Below, one piece after another: positions 34,674-48,271 of a stretch of 64,000 nucleotides of DNA. The stretch is taken from contig CM041465.1 of NCBI GenBank assembly GCA_023213395.1, positions 133,121,741-133,185,740 on the forward strand, given 5' to 3'. Position 1 is the stretch's first letter. Each line of letters opens with the position of its first letter. The translations under genes were made by a program, and so were the position numbers. The notes beneath the pieces are model-generated. The model did no database searches and was not told where the DNA came from. It saw only the letters and a list, made by a program, of their open reading frames with translations. This DNA comes from Cycas panzhihuaensis. Lineage: Eukaryota > Plantae > Cycadophyta.

Positions 34674-34851
34674 TCTTCAAGTCATAAGTACTTATAGATG
34701 CCAATAAGATCATCATTGTAAAATTTATATATACAACCATGCCTTACTATGGTGGTAGGCACACTAGGCCTATGCTCAGCCACCCATTACCATATGGGCA
34801 TCTATGAAGTATGTATTAAAGGATCAATTTTAGCCTTAGACTATGAGGATA

Positions 34852-37800
34852 TATTGAATGAGATGGAATTTAGACTTTATACTAATGATTAATGAGCATA
34901 GTCATTAGGATCTTCTAGGGAGGAAATCAACTAGTATGAGGAGATGATTAGCATCTACACTAGGCAACTATGAACATAACCTAATAAATAAACCTAAAGC
35001 ATAAAGTACTCAAGTATAAGATAAACATAAATATAGAGGAGAAGGAATTATTCCTTACTCTAAATAAACAAGATTAACTTAGATTAAAAGTAGCAATAGT
35101 ATAATAATAGAAAACTCACTCTCATATTTGATAAACAAGAATTGGTCTCAATATAGAGTTGGATGAGAGATCTTAGAGGGCTTCATATTTGATGAGTGTC
35201 AAACATATAAGCTATGCCATTAGTGTATGGTACAAGTGTCCCTTAGGTTCTCTTGTGAGAAAAAATATATGAGGGATATATTGAGCCTTAAGTCACAATA
35301 TTGTGTAACTAAAAAGAATGTGGATGTGTACTTTATTATATTAGATGATAAGATATCTTTATAGAAAGTACATAATGTTAAGATTAGATTAGGCATTAAG
35401 ACACTTAGCTATGACCATACCTCCATGCCTAAAATATAATAAAGAAGTTTAAGATTAGTCATCTTAAAACTCCTCTTAAGACCATCTTGGAGAATTTGTA
35501 TCATCTTAGTGTCACTCCTAGTGATCATTAAGTCATTAACATATAAAATGACAAAGACAATATAGTTCTCGCTAATGTTTATGTATAAGTTAGGATATAA
35601 TGAGGATCAATAATGTCCATATCTCAAAAAATAATTATTAGTTTTTTAGTACCATACTTTAGGGGCCTATTTCAAACCATACAAAGCCTTCTTGATGAGA
35701 CAGACCAAATGTTCTTTGCCATATGTAATGTATCCATGAAGTTGCTCTAAATAAACTTTCTCTTAAAGATCACCATTAAGAAATGTACTCTTCATATCCA
35801 TTTGATAAATTGGTCACTTGCATTGACTAATTAAGACTAGTATAAGTTTGATGGTGCTCATATTTACTATAGTGCAAAGGTTTTGTCATAGTCAATGCCT
35901 TCCTTTTATTTAAATCCCTTTACAACAAGTTGAGCCTTATGATTTCTAATTGAACCATCAAAGTAGAATTTGGTTATATATACATTTACAACTGATTGCT
36001 TATTTATTCTTAAGTAATTTGACCAAATTCCAAGTTCTATTCTTTTTAATAGAATGGATTTCTTCATTTATAATACTTTTCTATTTTTCACTTTTACATA
36101 CCTCGTCAAAAGTAGAAGGATCATCTACACAAAGTACTTCATCCATAAATACATAGTTAACTATTTTTTGCCTTATTTTAGATGAATATTTCTCTTCAAT
36201 GACTTGATTGTCATTTACCATCTAAGTATACCATTTAGGTAACTTCTTCATAGATATAATTTGAACATTAATATCTTAGAGATGTAATGGTTGATCAACA
36301 GAAGAGCTACGAGGGTCAAATGGTGTTAGAGCTAAAGTAGACAAAGAAGTAATAGGAGTAGATGATAAACATGGATTGGAAGATTATGAGGGAAGGATCT
36401 CCTTAATAATTTTCTTAACTTTTTCATGAGAAATATGGATGGATGTTGGTTCCATTTCCTTAATATCCTTAGCAAAGATTATATCTCTAGAAATATGTAT
36501 TTTCTTGGATTTAGGACCATACACTCTATATGCTTCATTATTAAGAGAATAACCAAGGGGAATATATTTAAGACAATTATGATCTAAATTCTTTCTTTAC
36601 TGTTAGGGAATATGCATATAAGCAATGCATCTAAAAGTTCTCAAATGGCTTATGATTGATATTTTACTATACCAAGCCTCCTCTAGTATGATATTAATGA
36701 CTGTTATAGTTGGGATTCTATTGGCCACATAAGCTACTATGTAGAATTCTTATGCCCAATAGGAAAGAGGAAGTCATTTTGTATGCATCATGGATTTAGC
36801 TTTATTGGCCAAAGTCCTATTCATTCTCTTAAATACTCTATTATGTTAAGGTGTATGTAGAGCAATGAATTGTCATTTGATTCCATGATATTTACAAAAC
36901 TAATTAAACTCTATTGAGGTAAATTCACCTCCATTATTAAATCTCAATATTTTGATTAAAGATTCAGACTCATTTTCCACCTTAAGTTTAAATTCCTTGA
37001 ATTTTTTTAATGCCTTTGATTTGTGTTTAATGAAGTAAACCCAAACCTTGTATGAAAAATCATCAATAAAGGTGATGTAGTATAGAGCTTCTCTAAGAGA
37101 TGATGTAGACATGGGTCTACATAGATCAATATAAACCAGCTATAAAGGTTATAATATACACTATGCATTGCCTTTAGGAAAAAACTCTTTATGTTATTTC
37201 CTCATAATACATGCTTCACAAAGATGTTTTGATACTGATATCTTTGGAAGCTCATACATTATATTTTTACTAAATATCATTTTAATGTTATATAGGTTTA
37301 AGTGGCCCATCTTATTATGCCAAAGTTATTCCCTGGTCATAGATTATTGTGACAGAATAAGTTGATGCAGTATCAAGTGTAATATTTGATATATCTAATT
37401 TATAAAGTCCATGGTCTTCATGACCAATGGTAACCACTTGATTATATCTATTACTAATGATACATTTCCTACCTTTAAATAATATTCCCATCTATTGTTT
37501 ATCTAGCTGATTAATAAATAAGAGACTTTTATGCATAAAAGGTATTAAACAAGCATCACTAGTGGGAAATATACAAGTAGGGTAATTTGAAGAATGAAAA
37601 GAGATAATTTTACCTATGCTAGATATCTCAACTAGCTCATCATTACTAAATGTAATTGTTTATCTTCTTCCTTCTTTCATATCATAGAGCAACTCTTCAT
37701 TACTTGTCATATGTTAAGATGCTCCAAAGTCAATGATCCATGTGTAATCACTTTAAGAGCTATGATAAACATAAAATAGTTTATCCTCTTTAGTAAGCTA

Positions 37801-40800
37801 GTTGGTGTAGTATCGATTGCCACCTCTAAAGCCCTCATATTCTCTTCGACCTCCTCAAAAACCACCTTAATTTGTTCTAAAGGATTATTGTTATTGCTAC
37901 TAATTTTATTATTGACATGGTTGTTGTTGTTATTTCTGTTAATATGGTTACTAAAATTACTACTATTATTGCATGTCAGATTATTTTTTTTGACATTCTA
38001 GTGTAATGTGGCGTATCTTACCATAATAATGACATGTAATATTAGCTTTTGATGTGCTAATGTTCATATTCCTAAATAGTTTATGAAGAGCTTGTTTCAA
38101 ATTTTGCTTGGATTTATATTTGACTATGAATGCACCTAATGTAGATAGTTCATCCTATTGAGAGTAGATTTACTCCTTTCAAAGTAAAAGACTTTTAAGT
38201 TCATTAAAAGTCAATGTGCCAAGTGTGTTATCTCTTGTAATTGAAGAGATAAAGTTGGTGTACTCCCTTAGAAATGCATACAATTTGATAGTTATAAGTT
38301 TATTCTTCAAAGATGGTTTCCCAAAAGTATTCAACTCATTACTAATTTCTTTGATAGAAGATAAAAATGTCAACATAGGCTCAACATATCTTAATGTATA
38401 TAATTTAGTTTTTGTTATTATAATATGAGCATTATCTCATCTTTTATATAATGAAATTAAGGTGTCCTAAGCTTCCTTTGAATCATGAGTATTAGTAATA
38501 TTCAAATAAAGTTTTTCATCAACAATCATATAAAGAATAACTAAGGCAATTTCATCCTTAACTACCTATATAATAACTAAAGTAGGATTAAGCTGAATGA
38601 TTACAATGTTATTAGTTAAGCTTATAGTTAGATTATGTTTGGGATTCTTCCCAAATATAAATACTTAAAACTTATTCATGATCACTAAATTTTATATTTA
38701 CCTTTTCCATTCTTGAAAATTATCTTATCCATTTAACTTTATAGTGCATGCATTAAGCATATTAAGAGTAGCTATAATATTAACGTTGTTTAGGGTTTCT
38801 TGAAGCTAGTAGATAACTTAAAGACTCAAATCTTTTGCCACTTAAGTTCCACCTTCCAACACAATAATAACCCTAATCTTACAAGGAAGATCCAACAACT
38901 AAAGAGAATGATGAGGGGTGGAGGGCTAGGTTAAGAGTTGGTCCAACCCTGATCTTTTTAAATAGATCCAATAGTTGGTCAAATCAAATCTAAGACAAGG
39001 CTAGATAAGGTTGATTTGCATGATCATATCATGTTTTTCTTAGGATTCATAGTCTCAATAACATTCTTTTCAAACCTCCTTTTCTTCAAGATAAATATCA
39101 ATTATCATACACTAATCATACGATCGATTTGTACCCTAAGAAATGCACCAAGCTTGAGATTTTTGGAGGCAAGGTTTTAATCTTTTTTAAGCTTTTTCAA
39201 TAAAAGTTTAATGCAATTTTTAATGGTTAAAGTGGATTTAATATAAATTACTTAAGTGATGAAATGTTTCATAATATTCAATAAAAGGGCTTTAAATAAA
39301 GCAAATTAAGTATAAAAAATAATACTTAAAATGTTAAAAGGAGTAAAAAAGTGTTAAGTGCCAAATGAAGATATGCTTGCTTACTTATTATGCCTTGAGT
39401 GGTTTTATTTTAATATAAAAAAATAACCACAAAATACTAATTTTAATGAAGTATGCTAAGAGATCGAGTCACCATCACAATGTTAGGACTTTAAAACAGT
39501 CATAACCAACACAAAATAAAGTGATTTCGAGCCCTTTTTTAAGACTTAAAGCATAAAGGGAACCTTGCAAGGAGCCTTATAAAATTAAGTATAATATGAA
39601 TAGTTCACAATTAGTATATAAATGACTAAAAGATCACTTGATTGAAGTTAATATTTATACTTGTAAGTTTTTTTTATGTGTTAAAATAACTTAAAAAAAA
39701 GGGCTAAAATTTACTTTAAAAGTAATTAAATATCATGAAAATCACTTAATAAAGTGCAAACTTTAAGAAAAACCCTTTATTAAAAAGGGAATATACCAAA
39801 GTATATAAGTTCAAGTTTAATTTATAATGTTATTAAGTGAAATTAAAAAAAAAAATAGTTGAATGGCAACGTGTAGTAAAATTTGAACTGCAAAGTGAGC
39901 TTGATCTCTTCATAGAATGCTCCAATCAATGTGAAAATTTGGGAGAACGTTCATATGGGGCTAATATACGTGTGGCTAAAATTTTGTAATGATTGATACA
40001 CCATGTAAAAATATCCAAGTGAATGAGTGGTATATTAGGTGCACATCTATGGACAGTTGTATGGCTATTAAAAATTAATTTAAGGGTTTAAAACCTTACT
40101 GTTTACTTCAAAGTTTATCTCTTAGGATAGACACAGGTTTAGGGAGCCTCAATTATTTAGCCAATAGAGTTAATGATGAAAAATAAAATTTTTTATAAGA
40201 AAAATTACCAAAATAGTGAGAAAATTTACCCTTGCTTTGAAAGGATTACCGAACTATAGATAGAGACTGAGATGAGTGATTTCTAAGTCTGGTAGATATA
40301 GATTACACTATGTACTTATAGATTAGCTAAGAGATCCTGTAAAAATAATTTTTACTTATAGGTAAATAAAGAAAAAATAATGTATTTTAAATCCTTTCTC
40401 TGTTGCATATACAAATCTAACTCAAAAAAAAAATTTAGAAAATAAAACTTATTAATTTTGTTAGAGTGATATTATATCATTTACTCAACTAATGTAATTA
40501 TGGCAAAATATTGTGTGGATAATCTTGATGTAATATTATAATATTAGGCCAATGGATGTAAACTCAATTATTATTATTTAAGGCACTTATAATATATAAA
40601 TATAGATGAAAGTCCATTGTAATGTATAATGTAGATTTATAAAAATGTAATACTATATTCTATGGTGGGTTTTTCCTAAAAGGGTTCCCATGTCAAATCT
40701 ATTTGTCCCATGTGCTTTGTTGTATTTAAGTCTTTTATATACATAAATGATTTTGGCATCCTATCTATTAAATTGGTGTTTCATAATATGGTATCAGAGT

Positions 40801-43800
40801 AATAAGCGATGCACAATTAGGTGTATGTTGGGCATACCATTTAATTATTAGTTGTCAAGTCATATTAGCTTACCTTTTAATGATGAGCTTATTCAACAAC
40901 TAAAAGATTAGCCACATAGGTGTAATAATTACATATAGTTCATAACGCCTTATGTTATTTGTTTTGTAGAGATTTGTTGGTCTTCAAAGGTATGCAAAAG
41001 AGTAAATAGTGTTGTTTTGATTTGTAAAAGTACTAGTGCCTCTTGTTTTAAATTTATAGCCCCTAGGTACTTTGTTGCCAGTCGTTGGTATCTATTTTGA
41101 ATTCGTTGAAGGTGCTAGGTCTATTTATCCTATATTGCCATTGAATTTATAATTGAATGATTTTCATTACCATCTGTACTACCTGGTGAGTAGGTGTGAG
41201 TCTACTAGTTACATTATAATTATTGTGAAGAAATTACAGTAGACTTATTTGTCAAAGATGCCCTTATGAGTCATATGAGTGTCACCCTCGTAGAGAGATA
41301 TGCACAGAGGTGGCAGAGGAAGAGGTATAGGGTGCATTGCATAAAGAGTATGCAGAGATAGAGAGATACCATTAGCATAGAAATCATTGAGTTATAGACA
41401 TGCAATGTGGAAATGTCAAGATGTAGTGGCTTAAAACCATGTGTAGAGGTCACAAATTATAGAGTTGAGTGCCACACAGGAAGAATGATTTGTAAAGCCA
41501 TGTATTATTATAGCTAAAACATAAGGTAATATTCATAAATATTTTTTTCTTGATTGATATATCAACCTACTAACTGAATATATGATGTCACCATTAAAAA
41601 TATTTCATTACGTGATGAATATATTTAGTCACTGTTTGATAATTTGAATTGCCTATTTTTATTTATAAAGTTTCCAATTTTATATTCATCACCCGTTGAT
41701 TATAATGAAGAAGCCCTTTGATTTATATATAATTGGGCATAATAATATGATGTCAATCATATATATATTTAATTGAATGATAACATCGACCATTGAATTT
41801 ATCAAAGCCATGTGATTATATTTAATCACGTTTGATAAATATTAGATTATGTCACTAAAAATATAGTTGCAGATATATATTCAATTGACATTTTGATAAT
41901 ATCACTAAATATATAATGTCATTGCCAATGATATATACAAATTTATATATTGATTTTATAAATAATATATTTTGAGTGCCATTTATTAAGTCAGGTGATA
42001 TATGTGAAGTCATATTTGATATTGGGATTGTACATATTTAGTTATTATTTATTTAAGTAATAATTTTTCATGATTTAATTGCCCTTTGATTTTGGCTATG
42101 TTGCATGATCATATTTATGAAAGTCACCTTTGATTGAATTGACCATACTAAGTCATTGGCCATTATATAATGATTGCTCTTTGATCAATCATCCTTTGAT
42201 TATTTGAATATGATAAGTCTTTGAAGTTATCATATAGTGGAGGTAGTATATGTAAGTGTTTATGCTTAGAATTTAAGATTATATAAGGAGATTCTTTTTT
42301 TAAGTGGGCATATTATGTGGCATATGATATATTTTAGGGATTCTTTGATGACGATATTGATATAAGAGTGAAGAGGGTGTTTTATACTCTATGGGTGATG
42401 TGGGGAAGTGGGTGATGAGGTGATGATATGCTTTTCTTATATGTGTTTACATAAGAGAGTTTGTTAGGTGAGTGTTATTAAGATAATGGAAGTTCACTGA
42501 TTGATAAGAAGGCATGATTAATGAGTGAGCTATCAATGTTAATGTATGTTCATTGCTTGATAAAAGCGCAAGAAGGGCATGATTTATGGAGATGTTGTAC
42601 TATAAGGCAACTAAACATTATATTATGGTAATTGATCATTGTATATTCATTACAAAGGTATGATTTATTTATTATAAAGTGGTAGTTTTATTTAATATAT
42701 ATTAGTGTTTTTACATTAGATATATGAAGTAAAGTGTTCATAATTTCTATTGATTGGCCTATTTGTGTAAGTGATTATTAGCTCATAGTGGATCATTGTA
42801 CTTGGGTAGTTGAACTAATGCTAGCATGAGGTTTATAGCCTATTAGTTGTTGGTTTAACATTTGTACATATTTGAACAAGTTTGATGTAGATTTAATTAT
42901 ATGGTTTTGTTCAAAACTAAAGTGTAAATAGAAAGGTGTATGATGAAATTACCTTGAAATTAGTTCTACCTTAGTCCTGGTATAAAATGGGAGTAGGTTG
43001 TCTCTTGTACCCTACTAAGGTTATATTGCAGATGAAGAATGGTACCATGATATAGATGTAAAGGTGTTTGGTGTATATTAAGAGTTTGCCTCCCATGTTT
43101 TTGGACAGAAGCTATTATGACAATTATTTAATGGATATCCTTCTAGGGTTGTTTATGGCATAACCCTTAGAATTATGTGTTGGACCAGTTAGAAGTCTTC
43201 CACTATATATTTAGGTGCATTGAATAGACACATATTAGATGAAGATCATAGTAGCAGGATTGCAAGAGTTTGAAGTCTATTTATATAGGGTTTGAAATAA
43301 AGCTTACAAATGGTGTGATCTGCATGGGAAAATTATTGTGATTAGTTTAAATGTCAAGTTGAATAGTTATTAACATATCATGTTGAGGTGCCATCTAAAT
43401 ATAGGTTTTATCCTTCATTTCTTTCATTTTCGAGTCATGGTTTAGTAGTTGAAGAGGTTTGTTTGCCTAACATTATCTTTAAGATGAAAGTGGAACCTAG
43501 TGGGAGCATTGATGAGAAGCCATTATAAGAAGAGGGACAGATTGCAACATGTGTTTCATTGTTGGCTAGGAGGACCATTGAGGACTTTAATATGATAATT
43601 GAAGACCTAGAGTATGATTGAAAAGTAAGGATTAGCATGCAAGTTAGACTTATGATAGACACCAATGATTCCAAAGAAAGGAGATTCATAATGGAGAGCT
43701 ATATTGGAGGATTGACATATGGGATTTGGGTCTCTTACCTTTCTCTAAGAACTTGATTGATTTGCAAGTTGTAAAAGCTTATAGTATAAGATTTCAAGTA

Positions 43801-45246
43801 GAAAGAAGAATTTAGTTATGAGGAGACATTTTCACCAGTCTTTATGTTATTATCGATCCAATTGATCACTATTTTGGTAGCTACATATAGTTAAGAGTCA
43901 TATCATATTAGCATTTCTTAACAGAGACCTGAATAAGAGATATACATAACTTAAGTAGCTCAACCTCTTAGTTTAGTTGAGGAAAAAAGGCTGAGTATTA
44001 TGGACTAAGTGTTAGTGTGAGAGGAGAGTTATATGGTTGTAGAAACTGTTAGAAACATTTCTAAAGAATCATACATATGCGAGGCATATCACCATTACAT
44101 TTGAGAGCAGATTAAATCAAGGAAGATGCAAGTTGAGTTTTGTCCAAGTGAAGATCAACTTGAGGATATGTTTACCAAAGCTCTTATTAAATATTGCTTC
44201 ATCAACATTCATGTAAATTTGGGATTCAATGAGATTATCCTTGAGGGGGTATCTATTAACAAGGATAAAGAGATAGACAAATCCCTAGGAAGACTTCATG
44301 ATTGTACATTTATATTAAGAGGGGATGTTATAGTGATATTATGTCACTTGATCAACTAATGTAATTGTAGTAAAATATTATACATATAATCTTGATGTAA
44401 TATTATAATATTAGGCCGATAAATATAAACTCAATTATTATTATTTGAGACACTTATGATCTATAAATATAGATCAAAGTCCATTGTAATATACAACACA
44501 GATTTATAAAAATATGATAATATGTTATGTGGTGGGTTTTTTTTGAAAGGGTTTTCACATCAAATTTGTTTGTCTTATGTGCTTTGTTTTATTTGAGTCT
44601 TTTATATACATAAATGATTTTGGCATCTTGTCTATCAATTTGATGTTTCTTAACAAATTTCTAGCCTATAAATCTTTAAAAATAATAAAAAACTGTAGAA
44701 AAATGACCCAAACTTAGCCTTAGATCACCTTTGAAGAGTGAAGGTCATCACCAAGGGTTTGGAACCCTCTTTCAAACTTGAAAATAATAACTAATCCTTC
44801 TCCAACAAGTTTGATACCAAATATTAAAGGAGATGGTATTTAACCTTTATACTAATGATTGATGAGCACAACCCTTATAATCTTATGGAGAGGAGATTAT
44901 CTAACATGAGGAGAAGATTAGTATCTACACTAGGTAGTAATGAATATAAGCTAATAAGCAAGTATAAGGCACAATCTACTCAAGCATAGAGTTAGAGGAG
45001 AGACCTTAGAGGGATTCATGTTTAACGTGTGTTAAACATATAAGCTATGCCATTAACATGTGGGATAAGTATCCCTTAGGCTCTTTTGCAAGCAAGAATA
45101 CATGAAGGGTATATTAACCCTCAAGTCACAACATTATATAACTAGAAAGAATGTTATCATATTAGGTGATAAGACACCTTTATATAAAGTACATAATGCT
45201 AGAATATAAAGTACATCACTTGGCATTTAAACATAAAAGTTTAATA
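34852..45246 (-). mobile_element. Ty1/copia element B (lacks RT C-terminus and RNase H), hosting copia C
   Basis: LTRs ~34852-35469 and 44822-45246 (indels between copies); PBS TGGTATCAAA (44810-44819); PPT ~35470-35479. KALYGLK*AP (~35660-35695), integrase ORF 36900-37112 (YYITFIDDFS..ILRFNNGGEF), protease WIIDFGAS (~37720-37740), gag ~38000-38780. TSD GGATA/AGATA. Confidence 0.85.
40459..44655 (+). mobile_element. Internally deleted Ty1/copia element C
   Basis: 330-bp LTRs 40459-40788 and 44326-44655; perfect TSD AATTT; PBS TGGTATCAGAG 40789-40799; PPT AAGAGGGGA 44317-44325; RT remnant YEETFSP (~43818) and RNase H QLEDMFTKAL (44126 ORF). Confidence 0.92.
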
Positions 45247-45999
45247 AGATAAACTTAAGGTATAATGGTATAGTTTGAGATAGCTTCTTAGCCATTTAAT
45301 ATAGTGATATATTAACCAATTCTATAAATTGTACATCACTTTAGAGATTATAGATTCAACTTCTAGTCATAAGATCAAATTTATTTAGGGTCTTATTTCT
45401 TGTATTCATTAAGAGTTAGATCTACTCACTATCACCTCATTAGACTAGGATTTCTATTCATTAAGAGTTTTATGCATGCTAGATACTCTTTCTTTTAGGC
45501 TTCATAGGCCCACCCATAATGGGCTTAGCCTAAGTACACATCCTCAATAATGATAAGATACATGGGTCCCTCAATCATAGGGTACTAACTCCTCTTCTAT
45601 GATGAGGAAGGAAAAGTCTCCACAAAAATGTTATGACATTTATAAGTCATCTTGTCATGTTAGTGAGGGATATTACATGCAATGAGGATGCACATAATCC
45701 ACTACTTTAGTTAGACATGAGGATTCAATAGTAGATCTAGTTATTTAAGATATTTCTCCTTTATGTTTAGATCCTAATTTGGTCCTCATGACCAAACATC
45801 AGGCCACACCTGATAATGAGATTCTCTTTACCCATCCATGTTAGGTCAAGGATTAAATTGCTTTATGTATTCTAGACAATGGAAGCTAGAAAAATCTTAT
45901 CTTAGTATAGTTGGTTGCCAACTTGGGCCTTCCCACACAACCACACCTTTTCCTATACTATCATGGTCGGGTTTATCATGGAGGTATACACATACTAGT

Positions 46000-46450
46000 A
46001 GATAGGGTTTTTATAATCATATTATCGTACTACCTCTTATTGATTCTATCATTGATAATATAACTCTAATGGAATGTTTCTAGCTTCTCTTAGGGAAGCC
46101 TAATTAGTTTGATAAGATTGTTCACTATGATGTCCTTTACTACACCTATCAATTTCACAAGGATAAGAAGACATATGAACTTTATGCTAAACCCTCTTCT
46201 CCATCTATACCAAATTCATAAGCTATTAACCTTGTTGTGTCTACCATACCTTTGGATTAATCACCACCACATCCACAACATGCACACCAATAGGAGTACT
46301 TTGCTACTCATCTTCTATATTTAATGTGCATATTGGTCGCAGCAAATATAATAACTTTGGTTGGTCTAATCCTTCTAGATTTATTAACTTATTAGGACTC
46401 CATTATCATTCCTCTTTCAACTATTAAGAAGTATGCAAGAGGATTTTCAC
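46000..46450 (-). pseudogene. Probable Ty3 gag remnant
   Basis: Minus-strand W....YF / LL...WW spacing typical of retrotransposon gag; heavily decayed. Confidence 0.4.
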
Positions 46451-46933
46451 CCCTATGGTTTAGCTTTTACACTATCATCCTCTTTAGGTTCTCTTGTAGT
46501 GCATTCCACAAGTCCTAATCTTAACTAAGAAGGAGGTGCTACTAATACTACTACTATTTCATGAGGTTGTATAGGATATACACTGTATGGATTGCTCTAA
46601 ACTTTTACAAGTTAAAGTTCCTTTCAATCCTTTATCCTCTTGTGAAATTTTAGCCCAATTTGATATTTAGAAAGGAACTTATAGGCATTTTAGTGAAGAC
46701 TATACCTTTTTACTTCTAGAACTTGTACGGATTGTACATTGACTAGATAGACCTAAATTTTTATAAGAAGGAGCACCTTAGAGTCCTCTTGTCTCTTCTA
46801 AAATTTTGTTTTAATCTTTAGGTGAAAAAGTTATAATCAATTTTGTCTTCCTTCTCTCTAGGAAGCTAACTTGATACGAATTCTCTCTTCAAACACTTTT
46901 ATGTCTCTAGTATATACATTTATCCATGGGAGA

Positions 46934-47187
46934 TATTATAGTCTCCACAATCTAGAGATGGTATACCCTAGAAGGCTAATATTATAGAGTTAATAGTCAT
47001 TAGTATTAGTAACATTATATAGGGTTATACTACATTTAAGAGTACACATGGGTTAATAAAGTGTATTAACTTAAGGGTTGATAATGATATGGGAGTTAGT
47101 GTAATTGAGTAGTTAGTGTGAGGACTACTAACTCTATAATATTAACCTACTAGGATATGCCATCCTTAGGTTGTGGAGACTGTAACA
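46934..47187. mobile_element. 254-bp fold-back element with ~70-80 bp terminal inverted repeats
   Basis: Left tattatagtctccacaatctagagatggtataccctagaaggctaatattatagagtt vs reverse complement of right tgttacagtctccacaacctaaggatggcatatcctagtaggttaatattatagagtt. TSD GGAGA/AGAGA. The paralog at ~20038-20052 (catgggagatctaca) shows the empty site. Confidence 0.88.
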
Positions 47188-48271
47188 AGAGATCTACATT
47201 AGGCGAGGACCTTTTGATGAGAGTCACTCTAGATTTTCACCATTAGATCACTTGTGTTAGAGTTCAAGTCTCAATTCTTAAAGCGTTGCTAAGTAGCGGC
47301 AAGCATATTATTGGTATAGTAGAGCTTTTAAGGGTAGGCACATGAAGATCATAGATTTGAGTTAAGGTGATGAAAGGGGTAGAGGGTTTAGGAGATACCT
47401 TTTATTTGGATGGACTAAGTTATATTTTCCTCATTACTATTCATGTTTAGAAGCTAATTTACTTAAAGTTTTTGAAGATGTATCTTTAAAGGTGGAGAGG
47501 ATTTTATATTATATAGGTTTTATGTAGGTTGAGGTTGATTTTGGATTCAGTGGATACTATCTTTTGATCAAAAGCATATTACAACTAGTCATTAAGACTA
47601 TAAAGATGTCCAAGAGTGTGTAGGCCATGGGTGCCTAAAGCTTGATCTATAAGTTTCTTTATAAAGTTGTGACAATGGTGTTTAGGGCCTACATACCTCT
47701 CTGCTCTAGTTTAAAAGCCTAATTTGGTGTTGGTCAATACTAGAGATGAATATTTATTGGGAAAATATCTACTATACTAGATAGAGTAGACATAGGGTTT
47801 AAAATGTTTACTCCATCTAATAAAATAGAGGTCTATAATTTGCCTTAGCCAAAAAGCATTTATGCACTCTACTAGTCAATTTATATGGCTAGAAGAGTTT
47901 TCTTAAGAAGTTAACTCAATACCCTTAGTTAGGAGATGAGGGATTTATTCCATGCTATCCTTGTTTTAGACATGTTCATTAAGTCTTTGATTTGGCCATG
48001 TTTAGGTGGCTATGATGTTTTAGAAGTAAGGACTATGCTTGTTTAGGTTTGGTTATTTACTTTTATCTTAATAACCTTAGAGTATGGCCCATACCCATGG
48101 CTATATTCTTAGTTATTATTTAGTCTTATAGCCTTTGGAGCATAGTCCATGCCTATGGCATCTTCTAGGATTTCTAACCTTTGCTTTATGGAAAGTCTCA
48201 TGTATTCAAGTTGTTAAGTGTATGGATTTTTACCTAAAGTTCTCTAATTCATCTGAGAGGATGGTGGAGTT

